Assembly (NCBI GenBank): GCA_038057615.1
Contig: JBBUCW010000011.1
Coordinates: forward strand, 1 to 24,454
Reading direction: 5' to 3'
Length of the DNA stretch: 24,454 nucleotides
Source: Patescibacteria group bacterium
GTDB lineage: Bacteria; Patescibacteriota; Minisyncoccia; UBA6257; UBA9933
How positions within the stretch are numbered: the first letter of the stretch is position 1; each line of letters begins with the position of its first letter. A program made the position numbers and the translations under genes. Below, in pieces: positions 1-6,919 of the stretch. The notes below the pieces were generated by a model. That model searched no databases. It had not been told where the DNA came from and saw only the letters and a program-made list of their open reading frames with translations.

Positions 1-13
1 TTTTCAGCAGAAA

Positions 14-36
14 ATTATGCGAGCTCTGCGAATAAT
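14..36 (+). repeat. Small hairpin ATTAT-GCGA-GCTCT-GCGA-ATAAT (G.A-containing palindrome, same style as 531-594)
   Basis: ATTAT(14-18) pairs with ATAAT(32-36). The two GCGA copies pair as G.A, C-G, G-C, A.G. It lies just downstream of yqeY. Confidence 0.35.
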
Positions 37-69
37 ATGAGTTTTGTAATTTAAAGTTAATTAATTCAA

Positions 70-528
70 TTAACCGTTAAGTTGTTTTTTCAATATTCCG
101 CTGACCAATGACGCGTCCGCTCTGCCTTTTAATTCTTTCATCGCTTCAGCCATTACTTTGCCGAAATCTTTGATATTATTAGCGCCGATTTTTTCTATCG
201 CCGCTTTAATATTTTTTTCAATTTCTTCTTCGCCTAATTGCTCCGGCAAATATTTTTTAATAATTTCCAATTCTTTTAATTCTTTTTCAGCCAAATCATT
301 TCTTCCGGCTTTAGTAAAAATTTCCATCGCTTCTTTTCTTTTTTTTGTCTCGCGAAATAAAATTTCAATTGCTTCTTCTTCCGATAAAATCGGATCTAAT
401 TTTTTACCTTTCTTTTCTATTTCTTTATTGTGAAAAGCGGAGGCAAGCATTCTTAAGACGCCGACTTTAAAACCATCGCCGGACTTCATCGCGTCTTTTA
501 AGTCAGAGGTGAGTTTTTGATGAAGCAT
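70..528 (-). CDS. yqeY: GatB/YqeY domain protein
   Basis: N-terminal 'LTSDLKDAMKSGD...LRML', 'KKRKEAMEIFTKAGRNDLAEKELKELEIIKKYLPEQL' and 'DFGKVMAEAMKELKGRAD' are YqeY hallmarks. Position downstream of rpsU is the classic synteny. Confidence 0.95.
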   Translation of the reverse strand: MLHQKLTSDLKDAMKSGDGFKVGVLRMLASAFHNKEIEKKGKKLDPILSEEEAIEILFRETKKRKEAMEIFTKAGRNDLAEKELKELEIIKKYLPEQLGEEEIEKNIKAAIEKIGANNIKDFGKVMAEAMKELKGRADASLVSGILKKQLNG

Positions 529-530
529 GC

Positions 531-594
531 CAATGTTGTTGAAATTTATGAGCGAGGCTCAATGCCGAGCGAAATAAATTTCACTACAACATTG
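531..594 (+). repeat. 64-bp REP-like hairpin with tandem G.A pairs
   Basis: CAATGTTGT(531-539)/ACAACATTG(586-594) and TGAAATTTAT(540-549)/ATAAATTTCA(574-583) are perfect complements. Inner GAGCGAGGC(550-558)-TCAAT-GCCGAGCGA(564-572). Confidence 0.75.
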
Positions 595-597
595 AGC

Positions 598-726
598 ACC
601 CCTCCTCACTTTTACCACAATATTTTTTTAAATTTTGAGTCCGCAAGATTCAAAATTATTTTCAATACTCACTAAATATTATATAACCGCTATTTCTTAA
701 TTGTTACCGTAAAAGTGGGGAGGGGT
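598..726. repeat. 129-bp element with 18-bp terminal inverted repeats and an internal hairpin (MITE-like or structured RNA)
   Basis: ACCCCTCCTCACTTTTAC(598-615) versus GTAAAAGTGGGGAGGGGT(709-726), 17/18 complementary. Internal stem AATTTTGAGTC-CGCAA-GATTCAAAATT (about 631-657). Confidence 0.75.
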
Positions 727-741
727 AAAGGTTTTGTTTTC

Positions 742-772
742 AAAATTTCTACGCCTTTCGGCTTGAAATTTT
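742..772 (-). other. Hairpin with GAAA tetraloop just downstream of rpsU (no canonical U-tract)
   Basis: Minus strand reads AAAATTTC-AA-GCC-GAAA-GGC-GTA-GAAATTTT. Confidence 0.45.
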
Positions 773-784
773 TAACAAAGCCCT

Positions 785-994
785 TTATAATATTCCCATT
801 TTCTTCTCCTTATCCACTTCTTTTTGCTTTTGCTCGCGATGAATGGCGGAGGCTCGCCTTTTTGATTTAGAAATAGAACGGCTTCTGCGTTTTTTCTTTT
901 TTGCTTCAATCAAAATTCCGCTTTGCTGCATTTTTTTGCTAAAGCGGTATAGAAAAGCGCTCATTTGTTCTCCTTCGCGTCGTTTTAATTCCAT
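785..994 (-). CDS. rpsU: 30S ribosomal protein S21 (divergent)
   Basis: 69-aa Lys/Arg-rich protein. 'RREGEQMSAFLYRFSKKMQQSGILIEAKKKK' follows the S21 pattern, and the HIT-rpsU-yqeY order supports the call. Confidence 0.8.
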   Translation of the reverse strand: MELKRREGEQMSAFLYRFSKKMQQSGILIEAKKKKRRSRSISKSKRRASAIHREQKQKEVDKEKKMGIL

Positions 995-1003
995 AGTAAA
1001 ATA

Positions 1004-1077
1004 AGAATATAGGATTTAGAATATAGAATTTAGGAAAATTTTAATCCCTAAATCCTAACTGCTAAATTCTAAATTCT
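1004..1077. repeat. Heptamer-periodic inverted repeat, copy 1
   Basis: TAG at 1010, 1017, 1024, 1031 and CTA at 1048, 1055, 1062, 1069. Both 25-bp arms are identical to copy 2. Confidence 0.9.
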
Positions 1078-1446
1078 TTTATTTTTTTGGTCAAGACTAG
1101 GATGTGGCATTTTATCAATATCTTCCTGTTTTGTCCACCCTCCTAAAAGATGTAGGTGCAAATGGTCTATCACTTGCCCGCCTTCCCTGCCAACATTAAA
1201 AACTAATTTATATCCTTTTAATCCGGCTTCTTCCGCGACCTTTTTAGCCATAAAAATTAACTTAGAAATAATTTCCCGATGGTTGTTTTCAATGTGCATT
1301 ATTGACTGAATATGTTCCTTTGGAACAATTAAATAATGAATCGGCGCCGAGGGATGAGCATCTTTAAAAACAACAACCTCATTATTTTCATAAATTATTT
1401 CAGCCGATATTTCTTTATTGATGATTTTGCAAAAAATACAATTCAT
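1069..1446 (-). CDS. HIT (histidine triad) nucleotide-binding protein, HinT-like
   Basis: 'CIFCKII', 'FKDAHPSAPIHYLIVPK' and the triad 'GQVIDHLHLHLLGG'. Confidence 0.95.
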   Translation of the reverse strand: MNCIFCKIINKEISAEIIYENNEVVVFKDAHPSAPIHYLIVPKEHIQSIMHIENNHREIISKLIFMAKKVAEEAGLKGYKLVFNVGREGGQVIDHLHLHLLGGWTKQEDIDKMPHPSLDQKNKRI

Positions 1447-1454
1447 AATAAAAC

Positions 1455-1534
1455 AGAATTTAGGATTTAGAATATAGAATTTAGGGGAATTTAATTTTAA
1501 AGCCCTAAATCCTAACTGCTAAATTCTTAATTCT
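1455..1534. repeat. Heptamer-periodic inverted repeat, copy 2
   Basis: TAG at 1461, 1468, 1475, 1482 and CTA at 1505, 1512, 1519, 1533. Overlaps the hisS stop codon. Confidence 0.9.
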
Positions 1535-2866
1535 ATTCCTTACTTCTTCCACGACTTTTTTAAGCGGAATGGTTTCTTGCGCTCCACTTTTCATATCTCT
1601 GATAATAATATTATCTTCAAACACTTCTTTTTGTCCTAAGATCAAAGCCATGGCCACCTCTTCCCTGTCTGCAACTCCCAACTGCGAATTAAGCGATTCT
1701 CTTCCTAATGATTCTGAAATTCTAACGCCTGCTTCGCGAAATTCTTCTATTAAACGAAAAGCTCTTTTTTTAGCCGGTTGGCCTATTTGAACTAAAAAGA
1801 CTTTTGCTTTGCTTTTGAAAGGATAAATTATTCCTTGCTCTTTTATTGTTTCAATTATTCTCTCAACTCCCAAGCTAGCGCCAATCGCCGATAAAGAACC
1901 TTTTCTCGCTCCAAGCATCTCGCCTAAATTATCATAACGCCCTCCGCCACCCAAAGAAATATTAGACTTTTCAACAATAAATTCAAAAACCGTTCGGCTG
2001 TAATAATCTAAACCCCTGACTAATCTGGAATTAAGCGTATAAGGCAAATTTAATTCATCCAGATATTCCAAAACAATCCGAAAGTGATTTTTGCAATCAA
2101 GACAAAGACAATCAAGCATAATCGGCGCTTGAGCTTTTATCGGCTGACAATTTTCATTTTTGCAATCAAGAAGACGCAAGGGATTTAAAGATAATCTTCT
2201 GCGACAATCATTGCAAATTCTCCTTTGCGCTTTTTTATAATAATCCTGTAATTTTCTGCGATAAATCGGTCGACATTTTTTACAACCAAGACTATTGATT
2301 TCAACCGTTAAATTTTTTATTTTCAATTCTTCAAGTAAGCGATAATTTATCAAGATAATCTGAGCATCGTAAATCGAATCGCTCTCGCCTCCTAAAATTT
2401 CAAAACCAATTTGATAAAATTGCCGATATCTTCCGGCTTGAGGCGATTCATGGCGGAAAAACGGACCAAAATAATAAAGTTTCGTTGGTTGACCAAGGCG
2501 CGATAATCCATGCTCAAGATAAGCCCGAACAATTCCGGCTGTTCCTTCTGGACGAAGCGCCAAGCGATCTTTGCTTTTAGTTTTTACATAATACATTTGC
2601 TTTTCAATAATATCCGTGGAATCTCCCGCTGATTTTTCAAAAATTTCCGCGGATTCCAAAATCGGCGTGTCAATTCTCGAATAATTATAAAAATCAGCAA
2701 CATCTTGACTGACTTTTTTTACCTTATCCCACCAAAGTTGTTCTGACGGCAAAATATCATGCATACCCTTGGGAGACTGAAATACCGCCTTCTTTTCTTT
2801 CTTTTCTATTTCAACGGGTTTATTTTTTTGGAAATTAGAATATTTGAACATATTATTAAATAGCAT
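1505..2866 (-). CDS. hisS: Histidine--tRNA ligase
   Basis: 'PKGMHD', 'LRPEGTA', 'FRHESPQAGRYRQFYQ', 'LVRGLDYYSRTVFE', 'GGGRYD', 'GVERI' and a C-terminal anticodon-binding domain. The start could be a downstream ATG. Confidence 0.98.
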   Translation of the reverse strand: MLFNNMFKYSNFQKNKPVEIEKKEKKAVFQSPKGMHDILPSEQLWWDKVKKVSQDVADFYNYSRIDTPILESAEIFEKSAGDSTDIIEKQMYYVKTKSKDRLALRPEGTAGIVRAYLEHGLSRLGQPTKLYYFGPFFRHESPQAGRYRQFYQIGFEILGGESDSIYDAQIILINYRLLEELKIKNLTVEINSLGCKKCRPIYRRKLQDYYKKAQRRICNDCRRRLSLNPLRLLDCKNENCQPIKAQAPIMLDCLCLDCKNHFRIVLEYLDELNLPYTLNSRLVRGLDYYSRTVFEFIVEKSNISLGGGGRYDNLGEMLGARKGSLSAIGASLGVERIIETIKEQGIIYPFKSKAKVFLVQIGQPAKKRAFRLIEEFREAGVRISESLGRESLNSQLGVADREEVAMALILGQKEVFEDNIIIRDMKSGAQETIPLKKVVEEVRNRIKNLAVRI

Positions 2867-2867
2867 T

Positions 2868-2990
2868 TAGAACATAGCTAGTAGGCAGTAGAGCAGAAAA
2901 TAGAATGTAGCAAGTAGATAAATATTCTACTTTCTATTCGCTATGTTCTATGTTCTACTCGCTACTCGCTACTCGCTAAATTCTATTTTC
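2868..2990. repeat. Heptamer-periodic inverted repeat, copy 3 (longer, different internal sequence)
   Basis: TAG at 2868, 2875, 2882, 2889, 2901, 2908, 2915. Nine consecutive CTA at 7-nt spacing from 2927 to 2983. Central stem GTAGA-TAAATAT-TCTAC. Confidence 0.9.
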
Positions 2991-3002
2991 TTTAAAATTT
3001 AT

Positions 3003-3551
3003 CTAATACGCCGGCTTCTCAAACGCCATTACCTCATTAAAAGGCCATAGTCTTAATCTGACTAAGCCGACAATTTCAGTTTTTTTAAGACTGCCCCAGC
3101 TCCGAGAATCATAACTATAATTGCGATTATCGCCCATCATAAAATATTCGCCGGCTTTTAAAACAACTTCTTTATCGCCGGAAGTTTTTGTCGTTTGCGG
3201 TAAATAATTTTCTTTAACTGAAAAACCTGCTGGATATTCTTTGTTAAAAACGACAACTTCGCCATTTTTAATTATCAGCCGTTCACCTGGCAATCCGATG
3301 ATTCTTTTAATATAATAAACGCTTTCATCGCCGGGATAGTGGAAAACCAGCACTTCTCCCCGCTCGGGATTTCTAAAACGAAAACTAATTTCATCTATTA
3401 AAAGATAATCTCCCGAAGAAAAATTCGGCTCCATTGAAGCGCCACTGACTAAAAATGGCTGAATTAAAAAAGTGCGAATAATAACAACGGCGATTACCGC
3501 CACGACAACAACCTCAAAAATTTCCCAAAATGAGTATAAAAAAGATTTCAT
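3003..3551 (-). CDS. lepB: Signal peptidase I
   Basis: Catalytic Ser 'VSGASMEPN', Lys 'YYIKRIIGLPGE', and 'GDNRNYSYDSRSWG'. Start moved to M25 (3551) because the 3623 start overlaps pth and encodes low-complexity AT-rich residues. Confidence 0.95.
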   Translation of the reverse strand: MKSFLYSFWEIFEVVVVAVIAVVIIRTFLIQPFLVSGASMEPNFSSGDYLLIDEISFRFRNPERGEVLVFHYPGDESVYYIKRIIGLPGERLIIKNGEVVVFNKEYPAGFSVKENYLPQTTKTSGDKEVVLKAGEYFMMGDNRNYSYDSRSWGSLKKTEIVGLVRLRLWPFNEVMAFEKPAY

Positions 3552-3575
3552 GTATTTTAAATACTTATTTTTTAT

Positions 3576-3583
3576 ATTATAAT
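3576..3583. promoter_or_regulatory. Putative bidirectional -10 element (ATTATAAT) for the divergent lepB/pth pair
   Basis: The palindrome ATTATAAT gives TATAAT on + (3578-3583, 8 nt before the pth ATG) and on - (3581-3576), within a 40-bp intergenic gap. Confidence 0.45.
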
Positions 3584-3591
3584 TAAATTTT

Positions 3592-4140
3592 ATGAAAGTC
3601 AAATTGATTATCGGCTTGGGCAATCCGGGGAAAGAATACGAAAAAACATACCATAATGTCGGATTTTTGGCCGTTGATTACTTAATTGCTCTGTCATCGC
3701 GAGAGAAGCGAAACAATCCCAAAAAAATAGAAATTGCCACGGTCGCCTATAGCGACCTCGCCATGGCGCCTTTGCTAAAAAGCGACGCCTATATGAATCA
3801 ATCCGGTAATTTTGTAAAAACAGCGCTAAAAAAATACAAAGCCAAACCCGATGAAATTTTAATAGTTCATGATGACTCGGATATTGAACTGGGAAAATAT
3901 AAAATTTCTTTCGGTCGCGGATCGGCCGGGCATAAAGGAGTTCAATCAATAATTGACACAATTAAAACAAAAAATTTCTGGCGATTGCGGATAGGTATCG
4001 GACAAACGACAAATGGCAAACAAACAACAACACGAATAAAAGCCATAGATTTAGTATTAAAAAAAATCAATAAAAATGATTTGATAATTTTTGAAAAAAT
4101 TTTTAAAATAATCCAACGCGAAGCGTTGTTGCAAAACTGA
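3592..4140 (+). CDS. pth: Peptidyl-tRNA hydrolase
   Basis: 'IIGLGNPG', 'HNVGF', 'YMNQSG', 'VHDD', 'GSAGHKG' (canonical GHNG) and 'RLRIGIG'. Confidence 0.95.
   Translation: MKVKLIIGLGNPGKEYEKTYHNVGFLAVDYLIALSSREKRNNPKKIEIATVAYSDLAMAPLLKSDAYMNQSGNFVKTALKKYKAKPDEILIVHDDSDIELGKYKISFGRGSAGHKGVQSIIDTIKTKNFWRLRIGIGQTTNGKQTTTRIKAIDLVLKKINKNDLIIFEKIFKIIQREALLQN
3693..3767. repeat. Degenerate REP/RPE-like palindrome lying in-frame within pth
   Basis: GTCATCGCGAG(3693-3703)...CTCGCCATGGC(3757-3767) are 9/11 complementary. Internal GGTCGC-CTATA-GCGACC and CAAT/ATTG stems. Length 75 bp = 25 codons. Confidence 0.65.
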
Positions 4141-4163
4141 TCTTAGCAACAGCAATAATAACT

Positions 4164-5456
4164 ATGACAAAATTTAAAACAGCAATAATTATTTTTGGAG
4201 ACGCGGCCATATTTTATTTGGCTTTGATTTTAACATTAATTACTCGCTACGGCTTTGATAATTTTGAAAAACCGCTAAGCGCCCATCTTAAGCCATTTTC
4301 ATTAATTCTTGTCGTCTGGCTTCTGATTTTTTACATTGTTGATTTATATAAAAGCCGATATTTAAAAATAAATTTAGAAACAATTAAAAATTTAATTTTA
4401 GCGGTTGCCGTCGGCATCATCGCTTCAATCATTCTTTTTTATCTTTTTCCGTCATTTTTCAAACTAACGCCAAAAACCAATTTAATAATTTTCTCTTTAA
4501 TTTTTGGAACCTTAAATATTATTTTTCGATTTGCCATAATGAAAATTTATATTTCCGGCGGCTTTAAAAATCGCCTGCTTTTTATCGGTAATTCGCCGAT
4601 TATCAATGAAGTTATCAATTATTTAAAAAATAATCCCCAACTCGGCTATGATGTTCTCGCTCAAACCAATGAATATTTAAAAATTGAAAATTATCAAGCC
4701 GACACCATTGTCATTCATCCGCATTTTAAAAAAAATCCGGAGTTTATTAAAACAATTTATCGATTGATTCCTCAAAAAATCGCCGTGATTGATTTAACAG
4801 AATTTTACGAAAATATCTTTCAAAAAATTCCCTTGGAAGAGCTTGAAGATGATTGGTTTATAAAAGAGGTTGTCGTCAATCGCCGAATCTATGATTTTAC
4901 CAAAAGAAGCATTGATATTATTCTATCGTTTATCTTAGGGATAATTTTAATTACGATTGCGGTGTTCATCGCCATTATCACTAAATTAAGTCCCCGTAAG
5001 GGACCAACCATCCTAAAACAGGAAAGAGTCGGCTTGAACAATAAAACCTTTATCCTCTTTAAATTCGGCACCATGAGAGAGGATGTTGGAGCCCTTTGGA
5101 CTGCTCATAAAGATGATAGAATCACTGGCCTCGGAAAATTTTTACGCTATACTCATTTGGATGAAATTCCTCAACTTTGGAATATTTTCATGGGCGATAT
5201 TTCTTTTATCGGACCGCGAGCGGAACGAAAAGAACTAGTTGAACTTTACAATCAGCTTCCTTATTACGAAATCCGTCATATTATCAAGCCCGGTCTAACT
5301 GGCTGGGCGCAAATAAATTATAAACCGAGCGCTTCAATTGAAGAAGCGGCTGAAAAACTAAAATATGACATTTATTATATCAAAAACCGCTCGCTAGTTT
5401 TGGATTTTCTAATTTTACTAAAAACCATTAAATATTTATTTATATCATCAAAATGA
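4164..5456 (+). CDS. Polyprenyl-phosphate glycosyl-1-phosphate transferase (WcaJ/WbaP-like priming sugar transferase)
   Basis: N-terminal TM bundle, central Rossmann-like 'LLFIG' region, C-terminal Bac_transf domain 'KRSIDII...DDRITGLGKFLRYTHLDEIPQLWN...GPRAE...KPGLTGWAQI...YDIYYIKNRSLVLD'. Confidence 0.93.
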   Translation: MTKFKTAIIIFGDAAIFYLALILTLITRYGFDNFEKPLSAHLKPFSLILVVWLLIFYIVDLYKSRYLKINLETIKNLILAVAVGIIASIILFYLFPSFFKLTPKTNLIIFSLIFGTLNIIFRFAIMKIYISGGFKNRLLFIGNSPIINEVINYLKNNPQLGYDVLAQTNEYLKIENYQADTIVIHPHFKKNPEFIKTIYRLIPQKIAVIDLTEFYENIFQKIPLEELEDDWFIKEVVVNRRIYDFTKRSIDIILSFILGIILITIAVFIAIITKLSPRKGPTILKQERVGLNNKTFILFKFGTMREDVGALWTAHKDDRITGLGKFLRYTHLDEIPQLWNIFMGDISFIGPRAERKELVELYNQLPYYEIRHIIKPGLTGWAQINYKPSASIEEAAEKLKYDIYYIKNRSLVLDFLILLKTIKYLFISSK

Positions 5457-6919
5457 TAAATCGCTTAAAAGAACTGCTTTTTCAAAATAGAAGCGCCCGA
5501 CAAACAATAACAAAAAACATATTTTGGCTGACCATCAGTCAGATTGCAAGCCGACTAATCAGGGCAACTATTATTATTTACGCGGCTCGGATTTTGGGCG
5601 CGGCGGAATACGGAATTTTTTCTTATGTCTTGGGCTTTGCCGGATTTTTTACCATTTTTGCGGACTTAGGCGTAAGTCCTCTAATGACACGAGAAATAGC
5701 CGGTCATCCAGAAAAACGATCAATATTTTTTGCCAGCGCTTTCTGGATTAAAACTTTTCTACTAACAATCACCTCTTCCTTAATAATTTTCCTTGCTCCA
5801 AAATTTTCTAATATTGAAGAAGCGATTGTATTGCTGCCATTCGTTGCCTTGCTTGTTTTTTTTGATAATTTACGGGATTTTATTTTCGCCTATTTCCGCG
5901 GAATTGAAAAAATGGAAAAAGAAGCTTTTTTGGTTGTAATTATGAATGTGACAATCGCTTTAACCGGCTTTGTTATTTTAAACTTCTACCAAACTGCCGG
6001 TGCTTTATTATTTTCTTATATCACCAGTGTCGCTGTTTTAAGTATTATTTCTTTTTATTTTATTAAAAATCTGATTAAAGGATTATTTAAAAATTTTGAC
6101 AAAAAAATAGCAGTTCAATTTTTCCATGACTGCTGGCCATTGGCTTTTACCGGATTATTCGGAGTTTTTATGCTAAATATAGACATTATAATGCTTGGCT
6201 GGTGGCGAACTCCGGAAGAAATAGGATATTATTCAGCTGGCCAAAGAATCGTCCAAATACTCTATACCTTGCCGGCAATACTCGCCAGCGCGATTTTTCC
6301 GGTTATGACACGATATATAAAACAAAATGAATCTATTAAAGCGCGCTTGCTTAATGAAAAATCAATATCGGCCCTGTATTTTGCCGCAATCCCCTTATTA
6401 ATTGGCGGAGTTATTTTAAGCTCGCCGATTATAGAATTTATATTCGGAAAAGAATATTCTCCGGCAACCACATCGTTCCAAATATTAATCACCACTTTAA
6501 TTATCCAATTTCCAAGCGCTATTTTAAGTAATTTAATAATGGCGCACAATCAGCAAAAACGCCTTATTAAATATGTAATTATCGGTTCCGCCAGTAATGT
6601 CATTTTTAATATTCTATTAATTCCTCCATTTGGAATTATTGGCTCGGCAATCGCCACTTTAATTTCTCAATTCACATATTTCGCGCCCATCTGGCTTGAA
6701 ATGAAACAAATTGATAATTTTTATACTCTCCGCCATTTAAAAAAAATAATCGCCGGCGCGGCAATTATGGGAATTTTCAGTTATATTTTTAACCAAATTG
6801 GATTAAATGTAATTATCAATATAATCCTTTCCGCCGGAATTTATTTCGGAATGCTTTATTTAATGAAAGAAAAAATTATAAATGAAATAAAAGAGTTATT
6901 TGTGAAAATTAAAAATTAA
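5453..6919 (+). CDS. Wzx-type polysaccharide flippase (MOP family), copy 1
   Basis: Multi-TM protein with 'ARILGAAEYGIFSY', 'DLGVSPLMTREIA', 'IDIIMLGWW...EIGYYSAG', and 'LIPPFGIIGSAIAT'. Confidence 0.92.
   Translation: MINRLKELLFQNRSARQTITKNIFWLTISQIASRLIRATIIIYAARILGAAEYGIFSYVLGFAGFFTIFADLGVSPLMTREIAGHPEKRSIFFASAFWIKTFLLTITSSLIIFLAPKFSNIEEAIVLLPFVALLVFFDNLRDFIFAYFRGIEKMEKEAFLVVIMNVTIALTGFVILNFYQTAGALLFSYITSVAVLSIISFYFIKNLIKGLFKNFDKKIAVQFFHDCWPLAFTGLFGVFMLNIDIIMLGWWRTPEEIGYYSAGQRIVQILYTLPAILASAIFPVMTRYIKQNESIKARLLNEKSISALYFAAIPLLIGGVILSSPIIEFIFGKEYSPATTSFQILITTLIIQFPSAILSNLIMAHNQQKRLIKYVIIGSASNVIFNILLIPPFGIIGSAIATLISQFTYFAPIWLEMKQIDNFYTLRHLKKIIAGAAIMGIFSYIFNQIGLNVIINIILSAGIYFGMLYLMKEKIINEIKELFVKIKN

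Noticed and set aside
1004-2990. CRISPR array
   Set aside because: The repeats are 7-nt periodic inverted arms with no unique 30-40-nt spacers, and there are no cas genes.
3552-3623. N-terminal extension of lepB given by the ORF track
   Set aside because: It overlaps pth head-to-head and translates an AT-rich promoter region. M25 gives a normal signal peptidase N-terminus.
4125-4189. Weak hairpin over the pth stop (4125-4153) and 12-bp direct repeat AACAGCAATAAT (4148-4159, 4178-4189)
   Set aside because: Large loop, no U-tract, and a short AT-rich repeat; compatible with chance or a tiny local duplication.
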